Positions 1 through 9,549 of a DNA stretch of 55,334 nt are shown one piece after another. Positions within the stretch are counted from its first letter, which is position 1. Each line of letters starts with the position of its first letter. The notes under the pieces are model-generated. The model was given only the letters and a program-made list of their open reading frames with translations. It did no database searches and had not been told where the DNA came from. Made by a program: the position numbers and the translations under genes. The stretch lies in sequence record SRR22947725_2388; one strand, 5' to 3'.

Positions 1-1
1 C

Positions 2-1978
2 ACAACTGAACGAAGCAAAGCTGTCACCGTCATGGAGGATGGTATCCTCAGTGCGCCTGCCCCTTACTCAGCGCCTTCGGCTTATTATATTCCAAATATA
101 GGACGCATGAGTGGTTTGGAAATTTTGAAGGGAAGTAGCCAAATCAAGTATGGTCCCCATATCACAGGTGGCGTCATTAATTATCTATCCACGCCCATAC
201 CGGTCGATCAGGAGACATTCCTCAAATTCTCATATGGATCCTACAACGAGGTGATTGGGCATTTTTGGCATGGTGATGTTCAGGAGCTTAACAAAGGTGG
301 TCGTATTGGCTATCTGGTGGAAGGGTTCTATCACGGTAGCGATGGGTTCAAGACCATCGATGCGACACCTGATTTTTCCGACACGGATGACACGGGTTTC
401 AGGCGGGTTGAGCCCATGGTAAAAATCTTCTGGGAACCTGATACGGCCAATTACAACAGGATAGAATTCAAATATGGATTCTCTGGCCTGGACGCGAATG
501 AGACTTACCTCGGATTATCAGAGGAAGATTTCAGTGCGGATCCCTTCAGACGTTACGCAGCTTCAAGGTTTGATCGTATTGAAACAGAGCAACAGCAGTT
601 TTCGCTTCGTCACATTGTCGAGCCGGATCCGAGCTTGCGCATCGCAACCACTGCCTACCTTCAGAACTTCACACGAAACTGGGCCAAACTCAAAGACTTG
701 AGAGCACCTGTCAAAATGGGGCTTTCCCAAGCTCTAATGGATACTGGTCCCGGTGGAGGTTTAGCTATCCTGAAAGGTCAGGCTGCCGGAACGTATCGTC
801 TCAGGAACAATGCACGAGATTACCAGCTCTACGGTATTCAAACCACCGCAACCAAGCAATTTGTAACAGGTAATGCCGAGCATGAATGGGAAACGGGTGT
901 TCGATTACATTTCGATGAAATTGATCGTTTTCAGTGGGATGTGCAATATGACCAGGCTGCCAATGGGACCATCACAGGTGCCCAGACGGGAGTGAAGGGA
1001 GCTGCCGGAGACCGGATTCAACAGTCAAGAGCGCTTGCGATTCATACCCAGGATCAGATTAAATGGGACCGCTGGTCGATAACGCCTGGTATTCGCTTTG
1101 AAACCGTTGATCAAGAATATGAACAGGATCAACGGCGCGGTGATGGAGGAGGCAGTCCTGACTCCGGTGATGGAAGTATTGATGCGGTTGCTGGTGGTGT
1201 CAGTTTTGGATACGAAATCAATCAAGACTGGAATGCCTTTTTTGGTGTTCACCGAGGCTTTTCGATGCCTGGTCCAAGATCATCCATTCGCAGTAATCTG
1301 GAAGAAGAAACGTCATGGAGCTACGAGTTGGGCACAAGATACAACAACCCTGAACGGGGTTTGACAGCAGAGGCCATTGCGTTCAGGACCGACTTCAACG
1401 ACTTGATCGTTGGAGGCAACATTGGCGGAGGCGGTTCTGCGACCACTGAAAATGTCGGCGATATCGATTCCATGGGACTTGAACTGGCGATTGGTTATGA
1501 TCATGGTCAAGCATCCAACTGGTCTATTCGCACGCCTGTGCGCTTGAGTGCAACACTGACCGATGCGACTCTGGATGGAGATGCCAGAAATACAGATGCA
1601 GAATCTTTGTTTGAAGGCGGTCGCGATGGTGCAGAAGTGCCATATATCCCGACTTATCAGTTCAATCTTCAAGCTGGTTTGGAATTTGGGAAACTCGGCG
1701 CCTATGCAAGTCTTACCTATGTTCCTGAGACCTTTACAAGTGCCAGTAACAACAGCGCAAATGTCCGAGCTGATGGCACATCAGATGCCAGGGTAGGGAC
1801 GACTGACAATTACTTGTTAACGGATCTCTCGGTTCGCTATCAGATAAGGGAGAATACGACCATTTTTGGCGGTATCCGCAATCTTTTCGATAAAGAATAT
1901 GTGGCTTCCAGGCATCCTCATGGTCCTCGTCCAGGATTACCACGATTTTTCAACGGAGGCGTAGAAATGAATTTCTGA
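2..1978 (+). CDS. TonB-dependent outer-membrane receptor, FecA-like (5' partial)
   Basis: The frame is open from base 2 (TTERSKAVTVMEDG...), so the true start lies upstream of the window. Plug-end motif 'LEILKGSSQIKYGPHITGGVINY', 'RNLFDKEY' and a terminal Phe (VEMNF). Confidence 0.93.
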   Translation, partial: TTERSKAVTVMEDGILSAPAPYSAPSAYYIPNIGRMSGLEILKGSSQIKYGPHITGGVINYLSTPIPVDQETFLKFSYGSYNEVIGHFWHGDVQELNKGGRIGYLVEGFYHGSDGFKTIDATPDFSDTDDTGFRRVEPMVKIFWEPDTANYNRIEFKYGFSGLDANETYLGLSEEDFSADPFRRYAASRFDRIETEQQQFSLRHIVEPDPSLRIATTAYLQNFTRNWAKLKDLRAPVKMGLSQALMDTGPGGGLAILKGQAAGTYRLRNNARDYQLYGIQTTATKQFVTGNAEHEWETGVRLHFDEIDRFQWDVQYDQAANGTITGAQTGVKGAAGDRIQQSRALAIHTQDQIKWDRWSITPGIRFETVDQEYEQDQRRGDGGGSPDSGDGSIDAVAGGVSFGYEINQDWNAFFGVHRGFSMPGPRSSIRSNLEEETSWSYELGTRYNNPERGLTAEAIAFRTDFNDLIVGGNIGGGGSATTENVGDIDSMGLELAIGYDHGQASNWSIRTPVRLSATLTDATLDGDARNTDAESLFEGGRDGAEVPYIPTYQFNLQAGLEFGKLGAYASLTYVPETFTSASNNSANVRADGTSDARVGTTDNYLLTDLSVRYQIRENTTIFGGIRNLFDKEYVASRHPHGPRPGLPRFFNGGVEMNF

Positions 1979-2011
1979 AGTGGATTTCCTCTTCAGTTCC
2001 TCGAACAATCG

Positions 2012-2046
2012 CGCCAGTTGACCTTTTTCGGTCAACTGGCGTATTT
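2012..2046 (+). terminator. Probable intrinsic terminator or stabilising hairpin after the receptor gene
   Basis: Perfect 12-bp inverted repeat CGCCAGTTGACC (2012-2023) / GGTCAACTGGCG (2030-2041), followed by only a weak T tract (TATTT). Confidence 0.6.
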
Positions 2047-2102
2047 GCATTCCAAAAACCAGTCGAGTATTTATTAGCAGGACACATGGCTCTCTGCTTG
2101 CA

Positions 2103-2121
2103 ATTGAGACTCATTCTTATT
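2103..2121. promoter_or_regulatory. Candidate Fur box
   Basis: ATTGAGACTCATTCTTATT matches the Fur-box variant AATGAGAATCATTCTCATT at 16/19 positions. It ends 16 nt before the ATG of a TonB operon next to an iron-type receptor. Confidence 0.65.
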
Positions 2122-2137
2122 AATGAAGTAGTACAAA

Positions 2138-2926
2138 ATGACATTCCAAACAACATTATGGCAACTTTTTGTCATCACCACGCTCCTTGGCTCAATCGAA
2201 TCAATGGCATTTGCCGACAGCCGCCTTGCTGACGCGCGGGCTGCCGTAGCTCAATGGGTGGAACTTGAAAAAAATATTTCCAGAGAACGGCTCGCCTGGG
2301 ATGAAAAAAAGCGTCTTCTGGAAGACATGACCGCTGTGGCTGAAGCTGAAATCGTCACGATAAAGGAACAACTGGAAGACTTGAGCGTTGCTGCCGATGA
2401 AAGCGAGAGACGCCGCATCGAACTTGTCAAAAAGAGCGACACTCATGCAGAATTATCCAGCAGCGTAAAAATCTCTCTTGAGTCTTTCGAGATTCGGTTA
2501 AAAACACTCTTTTCACGCTTGCCAAAACCGCTGGCGGATAAATTAAAAATGATCAAGGATCGTCTGCCTGATGATTCCAAAAAGACATCACTCGGTATAG
2601 CTGCTCGCATGCAAGCGGTGATCGCAATGATCACTGAAATTCAGAGATTTGACAGAGTGGTGACGACTGGTGAGGAGCTCATGAATCTCTCGGATGGGGA
2701 AACACGTGAAATTTACACCATTCATTTCGGACTCGGTGCCTCATACTTCATGACATCGGACAGTGCTGAAGGGGGCGTCGGTACCCCGGCTGAAAACGGT
2801 TGGCAATGGGAGTCCCGGCCACAACTTGTTTCCAGTATTCAACGTGCGATCGCATTGGCATCAGGGAATGGTGTCGAAGCTGGGTTTCTCTCACTGCCAG
2901 TCGCCACAAAACAAACCCAAAGATGA
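2138..2926 (+). CDS. DUF3450-family (TtpB-like) exported coiled-coil protein
   Basis: Signal peptide (..SMAFA|D), N-terminal coiled coil, C-terminal 'HFGLGASYF...GWQW...LSLPV' pattern. First gene of a TonB operon. Confidence 0.8.
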   Translation: MTFQTTLWQLFVITTLLGSIESMAFADSRLADARAAVAQWVELEKNISRERLAWDEKKRLLEDMTAVAEAEIVTIKEQLEDLSVAADESERRRIELVKKSDTHAELSSSVKISLESFEIRLKTLFSRLPKPLADKLKMIKDRLPDDSKKTSLGIAARMQAVIAMITEIQRFDRVVTTGEELMNLSDGETREIYTIHFGLGASYFMTSDSAEGGVGTPAENGWQWESRPQLVSSIQRAIALASGNGVEAGFLSLPVATKQTQR

Positions 2927-4368
2927 GGGCATTACAGCGATTTTCTGCGATTCACCTGGTGCAGCGTATTTGTTGTGGTGTCAGTTTTTGCCTCATGACG
3001 TTCGGATGGACCCAATCCATTGAACAACTTACCGAGCGGCAGCAAAATCGACTCGAGGAAGCAACGGAGCGCCTTAAAGTACTGCGTTTGGAAATTCGAG
3101 ATCAGCAAATCCCGATGGGGAAAAAACTTTCGGACCTTCGATATGAATCGGATAGCAAAGAACGCCTTCTAAAAGAGCGGCAGCGATTGCGCGACCGATC
3201 AAGCCTGAGTCTGGAGCAACTCGAATCCCAAGTGGCGGCCGGGAAAAAGGAGTTGGATTATATTGCCGGTAACTTGTTCAATGAGTTTGAATCCTCATTC
3301 AAGGCTGCACTTTCTCCAGGAGAAATAACGACTTTTGGAGAAGATCTTCGTCAATTGGACCTGTTGTTTGAGCGAGATGATACCACTGAAGCCGAGAAGA
3401 TTTCAGCTTCAATGGAACAGATAGCTGATTCCCTTGATCGTATCGATGGCCTGTTGGCAGGTAAAAGATATCCCGGCTCAGCGCTGGATCCAGAGGGAAA
3501 GCAGCTTGCGGGGAGTTTCATTCAAGTGGGGCCACTTCTTTACTTCATATCGGAATCAAAAGGCACAGTTGGTTGGGTGGAAGAGACCCGTACTTTAAAA
3601 CCCAAGATGCGCTCCATTGGATCCTCCGAGGTGAAGGCCATCCAAAATCTCTCAGAGACCGGGATTGGCCTTCTTCCCGTGGATCCGACTTTGGGGGATG
3701 CGGTTGCTTTTGCTGAGACGAAGGAATCCTGGCAAGAGCATTTTAAAAAAGGAGGGGTTTGGGTTATCCCGATCATTGGATTTGCGATTCTTTCGATGGT
3801 TGTCGCCATCTATAAATCCATTCAGGTTTCCTTGATCCGCCAGCCACAACCCAGGGTTGTGCACGAAATAATTGAAAAACTAGGCGCTAACGATTCAAAG
3901 GGAGCTCTCAGTTTGGCCGCATCGCAATCTGGACCGGCAGCTCAAATGTTGACTGAAGGTGTCAAGAACGCGGGCGAATCTGTTGAATTGGTAGAAGAAG
4001 TCATGTTTGAATCTATCCTGGGGGCGCAGCCTAAATTAGAGCGCTTTCTCAATGTGATTGCTGTCACTGCTGCCACAGCGCCCTTGCTCGGGCTTCTGGG
4101 GACGGTAACGGGAATAATCAAGACGTTTAAATTGATGGAAATATTCGGAGCGGGAGATCCCAAACCGCTTATTTCCGGTATCTCGGAGGCACTTATCACA
4201 ACCGAGATGGGGTTGGTTCTGGCAATTCCCGCCTTGATTGCGCATGCCTTGCTATCGCGAAGAGTCGCTGGCATTCTGGCGCAGATGGAGAAACTCTCAA
4301 TTGCTTTTGTGAACGGCTTGTCCCGCCGAGATGTTGGCTTCAAGGCTGCAGAAAATTCAACTGACTAG
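2923..4368 (+). CDS. TtpC-like large MotA/TolQ/ExbB-family protein
   Basis: Start placed at the ATGA overlap with the upstream stop. Long periplasmic N-terminal domain, then ExbB motifs '[14 protein letters not shown]' and '[13 protein letters not shown]'. Confidence 0.88.
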   Translation: MRALQRFSAIHLVQRICCGVSFCLMTFGWTQSIEQLTERQQNRLEEATERLKVLRLEIRDQQIPMGKKLSDLRYESDSKERLLKERQRLRDRSSLSLEQLESQVAAGKKELDYIAGNLFNEFESSFKAALSPGEITTFGEDLRQLDLLFERDDTTEAEKISASMEQIADSLDRIDGLLAGKRYPGSALDPEGKQLAGSFIQVGPLLYFISESKGTVGWVEETRTLKPKMRSIGSSEVKAIQNLSETGIGLLPVDPTLGDAVAFAETKESWQEHFKKGGVWVIPIIGFAILSMVVAIYKSIQVSLIRQPQPRVVHEIIEKLGANDSKGALSLAASQSGPAAQMLTEGVKNAGESVELVEEVMFESILGAQPKLERFLNVIAVTAATAPLLGLLGTVTGIIKTFKLMEIFGAGDPKPLISGISEALITTEMGLVLAIPALIAHALLSRRVAGILAQMEKLSIAFVNGLSRRDVGFKAAENSTD

Positions 4369-4371
4369 TCC

Positions 4372-5058
4372 GTGGAACTGAACCCCAACAACTTTTTTGT
4401 CGAAGTGATCTGGACTTGGGTGAGTGGTGGCTGGCTCATGCTACCACTCCTCATTCTGACATTCTTCATTTACTACAGCGCTCTTTTTCTCTGGTTGCAA
4501 CTGGAACATCATTATCTGGTGCAATCGGGAGTTCACTTGCTTTCAGATCATGAAATAACAGAGATTTTAGATGAAGGCTCCATACCGCTGCGTCAGATGC
4601 TGTGGAACCAGGACTCAGATATCGAAGACGTCAAAAGGCATTTTATTGAGGTCTCCAATGAATACCTTCCACCGATCAACCGACGCATTCATTTTCTAGG
4701 AATCATGATCACTATTGGTCCTCTGATGGGATTGTTGGGAACAGTGACGGGTATGCTTTCGACTTTCGACGGTATGATTGTCGGTCAAGGTGAGAAATTT
4801 CAAAATGTCGTTCAAGGTATCTCTGAGGCGCTGATTACGACTCAGACTGGCCTTATCATTTCCATACCGGCCATGGCCATTCTCTCAATCATTATTCAAC
4901 GGAGAAACCGGCTCAGGCGATCTATTGTACGTCTGGAACGTTTTAATACATGTCGGCTCCTCAGATTGGGCTGTCCGATTGGTTCAACGAAGGGAAAGGT
5001 CTCATCCATCGGATCGAAGCTGCCAACAAATTCAAGCGGGGCTATTCAAACTGCCTGA
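4372..5058 (+). CDS. exbB: MotA/TolQ/ExbB proton channel protein
   Basis: '[17 protein letters not shown]' and '[13 protein letters not shown]'; GTG start 3 nt after the previous stop. Confidence 0.88.
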   Translation: MELNPNNFFVEVIWTWVSGGWLMLPLLILTFFIYYSALFLWLQLEHHYLVQSGVHLLSDHEITEILDEGSIPLRQMLWNQDSDIEDVKRHFIEVSNEYLPPINRRIHFLGIMITIGPLMGLLGTVTGMLSTFDGMIVGQGEKFQNVVQGISEALITTQTGLIISIPAMAILSIIIQRRNRLRRSIVRLERFNTCRLLRLGCPIGSTKGKVSSIGSKLPTNSSGAIQTA

Positions 5059-5065
5059 ACAAATC

Positions 5066-5470
5066 ATGAGAAAACGGAAATTAGTTTTTGATCAACAATC
5101 CCGTGCCAGCGATATCAACGTGTCGCCGCTGATTGACATTGTCTTCATCCTCCTGATTTTCTTCATTGTGACCACGGTCTTTGTGGAAGAGTCCGGCGTT
5201 GAAGTGCAGAAGCCTCAGGCGGCTTCAGCGCAACAACTTGAAAAGCGTTCCATATTGATTGCAATCACTTCCGATGGACAAATCTTTCATGGAGGTCAGG
5301 AAATTGGCCTTCGCGGTGTCAGGGGGGTTGTCAAGCGGTTGCTCAAGCAGGAAGATATGCCTGTCATCGTTCAAGCCGATCGAACAATTTCCATTGATTT
5401 ATACGCCAACGTTCACGACGAAGCCGCACTGGCAGGAGCCAAACAAATAAATCTGGCTACAAAAAAATAG
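5066..5470 (+). CDS. exbD: Biopolymer transporter ExbD
   Basis: '[23 protein letters not shown]' TM with the conserved Asp, 'VIVQAD' motif. Start reassigned to MRKRK. Confidence 0.92.
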   Translation: MRKRKLVFDQQSRASDINVSPLIDIVFILLIFFIVTTVFVEESGVEVQKPQAASAQQLEKRSILIAITSDGQIFHGGQEIGLRGVRGVVKRLLKQEDMPVIVQADRTISIDLYANVHDEAALAGAKQINLATKK

Positions 5471-6156
5471 TGATCAAAGGGTTTCCACAAACAAAAAAGA
5501 ATTCAATCCGGGGCTTGGCTGCCGGTGGAGCTCTTCTGATCTCAACTGGATTGTTTTTGGTTATCCCGTTGACGCAAACTTTGAATGATACGGAAAAAGA
5601 CAGCGTGGAATACAGAACAATGCTGATGGCACCGCCACCGCCACCTGCCTTCATTCCCCCATCCGAAGAGGTCAGCGACATGGAGATTGATCTTCAACCT
5701 GTCATTCCGAAAATGGAACGTCCTGTCGAGGAAGTTCCCCTTCGTCAGCTCGAGCTTTCTCTCGCTCCCGGTATGGGAGTTGCCTTATCAATGGGGATCC
5801 CGAATATTCCCACCATTGATGGAATAGATACATTAGCAGATATCGAAAAAGTATTCAATTTTGATGAGCTTCTGCAGGTTCCAACCCTTTTAAACGGACA
5901 GATGATTCGCGCTGATTTTCCCAGGGAACTTGCTAGAAGAGGTTTGAAGGAGGCCAGGATTAATCTGGAAATATTGATCGATAAGACCGGAAAGGTAAAA
6001 GTCAATCGTATCCTTTCCATCTCCTTCGATCACCCTCGATTGCGCGAAGCTGCAAAGAAAGCAGCTTCACAAGCACGTTTTTCAATCACCAAGGTGAACG
6101 GTCGGCCAGTCACCGTGCGCGGCAGTTTTCCAATGACATTGCAGGCTCCCAGATGA
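5470..6156 (+). CDS. tonB: Energy transducer TonB
   Basis: N-terminal TM, PPPPP linker, TonB_C-like domain ('FPRELARRG...IDKTGKV...ARF...VNGRPV'). Follows exbB-exbD. Confidence 0.85.
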   Translation: MIKGFPQTKKNSIRGLAAGGALLISTGLFLVIPLTQTLNDTEKDSVEYRTMLMAPPPPPAFIPPSEEVSDMEIDLQPVIPKMERPVEEVPLRQLELSLAPGMGVALSMGIPNIPTIDGIDTLADIEKVFNFDELLQVPTLLNGQMIRADFPRELARRGLKEARINLEILIDKTGKVKVNRILSISFDHPRLREAAKKAASQARFSITKVNGRPVTVRGSFPMTLQAPR

Positions 6157-7526
6157 TACATTTCACTACTTATCCATACATTTTAGTTCTGATAGTAACT
6201 GTGCACTCGATACTGCTAGCATCGGGCGCTTCCTTTCCTCTCACGGATTCAGATCCTGACAGTGCGGCTTTCAGGCGTCGGTTTCTGGCCAGTCATGGAG
6301 TCAATGAAGCCATTGAACCCAAATTGACAGTCAAAGATCGGCCGCTGCAGGAAGCCATCATGCCTCTTATCCGAACGAACCCACAAAAAGCAATCGAACT
6401 TATCGAGAAAGAGCTCACGCCAGATACTAATCCCGCTTTTTTGAATATTCTTGGTAATCTTTATTACCAGACAAGTGATTATCCCAACACCGAAATTTAC
6501 ATGCTCCGCGCATTGAAAAAGTTTCCTTCACTGAGGCGATCATGGAGAACACTTGCTCTATCCTATGTGCAGCGTGGAATGATGGATCAAGCAATCGGTC
6601 CATTGATCAAGGTCATCGAACTGGGGGGTGGTGATGCTCAATCATATGGATTGCTTGCTTACGCGCATCTGAATGAAGCTCATTATGAATCAGCTTTGTC
6701 TGCCTATCGCATGGCGCGTATGTTCGACCCGAACAGCTTTGATTTCAAAAGAGGTCAAGCAATGTGCCTGATCAAGACGGAACAGTTGAGATCAGCCATT
6801 GCGTTGTTTGACGAACTCATCGTTGAAAGACCTGAAGAATCGACCTTCTGGTTGGCTCAGGTCAATGCCTTTCTGAGCTCAGAACAAACAGGAAAAGCCA
6901 TCGCCAATCTTCAAATTTTGTCAGATTCAGGAGCATCCACCTGGGAGAGTCAGATGATGCTTGGGGACCTTTACCTGAATGAGGATCTTTCCAAATTAGC
7001 CTTGGATAGTTACGCGCAAGGTTATCGCAAGCATCCACCTGTCGCAATGTCTCAAGCGGTCCGGCCATTGATTTATCTAGTCGGGAAAAGGTGCTTTGAA
7101 GAAGCTCAATCTTACTTTCAGCTCATCCAGTCAGATATACAAGGGAGTCTTGGCCTTGAGTTACAACGCCAGGTGAATACTGCATTGGCAAGGATTGAAA
7201 TGAGGCTTGGCGATCCAAAAAAAGCGTATGCGATTTTGACCGCATCAGTCGAAGAGGATCCTTTGGACGGTAACAGTCTGATGCTTCTCGGAGAGTATCA
7301 TCTCGAAAATCAGGACTATGAAGAATCCGAGTATTATTTCGAAAGAGCCACGGCGCTGGGTCCATTTGAGGCCGATGCCTATATTTTTCTGGGACGTTTA
7401 CAGGTGAAACAAGGGAACCTCAAAGCGGCTTTGATCCCGCTCCGCGAAGCTCAAAAGGTTGAGAATACCCCTAACCTGCAGCGCTACATTGAGTCGATCG
7501 AAAGTGCATTAGACCCACGGCGTTGA
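6153..7526 (+). CDS. TPR-repeat exported protein (TtpD-like)
   Basis: Signal peptide, many TPR-like helices (LGNLYY, LALSY, LGDLY, LGEYH, LGRLQ). ATGA overlap with tonB. Confidence 0.85.
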   Translation: MIHFTTYPYILVLIVTVHSILLASGASFPLTDSDPDSAAFRRRFLASHGVNEAIEPKLTVKDRPLQEAIMPLIRTNPQKAIELIEKELTPDTNPAFLNILGNLYYQTSDYPNTEIYMLRALKKFPSLRRSWRTLALSYVQRGMMDQAIGPLIKVIELGGGDAQSYGLLAYAHLNEAHYESALSAYRMARMFDPNSFDFKRGQAMCLIKTEQLRSAIALFDELIVERPEESTFWLAQVNAFLSSEQTGKAIANLQILSDSGASTWESQMMLGDLYLNEDLSKLALDSYAQGYRKHPPVAMSQAVRPLIYLVGKRCFEEAQSYFQLIQSDIQGSLGLELQRQVNTALARIEMRLGDPKKAYAILTASVEEDPLDGNSLMLLGEYHLENQDYEESEYYFERATALGPFEADAYIFLGRLQVKQGNLKAALIPLREAQKVENTPNLQRYIESIESALDPRR

Positions 7527-7819
7527 AACGAAAAGCATTCGGTGAAGATGTGTCACTGTGGGAAAGTATGGTTTGTCCTTCGTATGAAGGGACTGTCCTA
7601 TCGTTTCCATTCACCATGGTATTTCCATAGTGTTTAATTTCAGGTGATGTTTTTCGCCATGGTTGTTGAAAGATCCTGATAATGTTTTCCAATCACTTGC
7701 GTATGGTCAGGGTGACAAGTTCGGTGAAACACTCATGATCAATAGCAAAATTGCGATGTAAATCCCCAGTAATGAGATTCCTTGTCGACTTGTGAACTTT
7801 GCCGCATTCCCATGATGAT

Positions 7820-9361
7820 TTAGTTCGTTTTTCGGATTCCATGGTTTGGGTTGTTGCGCCCATCGAAATATTTGTCTCGAATCCACTTCGGTTGCCATCG
7901 GTCAAGGGTGCGTTTATCGTTCGCGTAATTGGGTTTTTTTGATGCAGGATTCGCAACGCCTAGAGGGTAAGGATCACCGAGTTTTTTACGGTGAGTCTCC
8001 ATCAGTTTGGACATTCTGATGACTTGTGACTGGTGAGCAGGATCATGGAGCAAATCAGTGGTTTCGTGCGGATCCGCTTCAAGGTTGAAAAGAAGACGGT
8101 GATTGATTTTAGGGTAAACATGCAGTTTCCATTTTCCATCGCTGACGGCACGCTGGTTGTCCTGGAAAGGTAGGAAAACAGAATCGTGCACTTGAGGGAT
8201 TTCAAGATGCATGATCGACCGCAGATTTTTGGAATCGTTTTCAACTGGCTGCTCCACGCTTGCGAAATCACAGATGGTGGCGTAAAGATCGTGCACGTAG
8301 GTGAAAGCATTGCTTGATTGGCCAGAAGGAATGCCGGGCCCACTCAGAATCAGTGGGCAACTCATGCTTTGTTCATAAACATTTTGTTTACCCAGTAGCC
8401 CGTGACTGCCCATTGCCAACCCATGATCTGCTGTATAAATGACGATCGTGTTTTTTGAATGAATACTTTTTTCAAGTGCTTTGATAATCCGGCCGACTTG
8501 TTCGTCGAGGTGTGTGATCAAACCGTAGTATTCACAAAGTTGATCACTGATCATTTCCTTCGTGCGTGGCCAGGGTGCGAGTCCTTCATCACGACCGGAT
8601 GTGGCTTGAGGGGCATTTTGAAACGGGTGCTGTGGCAGGAAATTCAAGGGGAGGGGGGGGCGGTTCTTGTAATACTTCTGACGATACTTTTCCGGTGGAT
8701 TACGTGGATCATGCGGAGCCATGAAAGCAACATACAGGAAGAAAGGTTGTTCTGTTCCAGCGCCCTGAATATACTGTATAGCATCATCTGCGAACACAGT
8801 GCTGGAGAATCCGCCAGCATCCCGTTTTGCGCTTAGTTTGCCTTCAGACAGGTCCTGAACCTGGAAATCAGCATGATTTGCCATTCCCCCCATGTAGATG
8901 GACTGTCCGTTGTGAAAAGATTGGTCCAGTGTGCTTTTGCCATTGTGCCATTTGCCGATGATGAAAGATTGGTAGTCACCTCTCTCACTCAGCAAAGCCG
9001 GCAGCGGTTTGGCGTTTCCCCAATTGGATTGAGGTTTATTACGAGGCAGTCGCATCCAGTGGCGCCCAGTCATCAACATGGCTCGACTCGCGACACATAC
9101 AGCACCGCTGAACGATCCCGCGCAATAATTGCGTCTAAAGCTGAAGCCACTTTCTGCCAATCGGTCCAAATTTGGGGTCTGAATGTGTGGGTTTCCATGT
9201 GCTCCAACCGTGTCCGCTCGCTGATCGTCAGCGAAAAGGAAAATGATATTGGGACGTGTTGCGCTCCTCGCCTGAACCAGGCAGACAAAGATCAAGCCAA
9301 TGAGAAGGGCGATTCGTTGCATCCTGGCGCTTGGAGAACTCAGCTTGTTCTTCGTGATCAT
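7820..9361 (-). CDS. Sulfatase (FGly-dependent, choline/arylsulfatase-like), exported
   Basis: 'RPNIIFLFADD', active site 'CVASRAMLMTGR', 'GKWH', 'ADHG..GSHGLLGKQ', 'LFNLEADPHE'. Start uncertain (9361 or 9322). Confidence 0.93.
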   Translation of the reverse strand: MITKNKLSSPSARMQRIALLIGLIFVCLVQARSATRPNIIFLFADDQRADTVGAHGNPHIQTPNLDRLAESGFSFRRNYCAGSFSGAVCVASRAMLMTGRHWMRLPRNKPQSNWGNAKPLPALLSERGDYQSFIIGKWHNGKSTLDQSFHNGQSIYMGGMANHADFQVQDLSEGKLSAKRDAGGFSSTVFADDAIQYIQGAGTEQPFFLYVAFMAPHDPRNPPEKYRQKYYKNRPPLPLNFLPQHPFQNAPQATSGRDEGLAPWPRTKEMISDQLCEYYGLITHLDEQVGRIIKALEKSIHSKNTIVIYTADHGLAMGSHGLLGKQNVYEQSMSCPLILSGPGIPSGQSSNAFTYVHDLYATICDFASVEQPVENDSKNLRSIMHLEIPQVHDSVFLPFQDNQRAVSDGKWKLHVYPKINHRLLFNLEADPHETTDLLHDPAHQSQVIRMSKLMETHRKKLGDPYPLGVANPASKKPNYANDKRTLDRWQPKWIRDKYFDGRNNPNHGIRKTN

Positions 9362-9549
9362 ACCTCGGTTGTTATCAAAAAATATTGTGGTGTATGAGAT
9401 CATTAAACGGAGATCCGTTTCTCATATCAATCTTATTGGCTGTCTCCATGGAGAAATGTGCTTATACCCGTATTCTTTCCTTCCTCATTCAACCCTTGAC
9501 CAGGCGATCTCAGGGGGAAACCGTTGTCTTCGATGGGCTTTTGATCGTA

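Noticed and set aside
2800-2922. Upstream extension of the TtpC-like ORF
   Set aside because: It lies inside the DUF3450 gene. The ATGA overlap at 2923 gives a better start with a signal-like leader.
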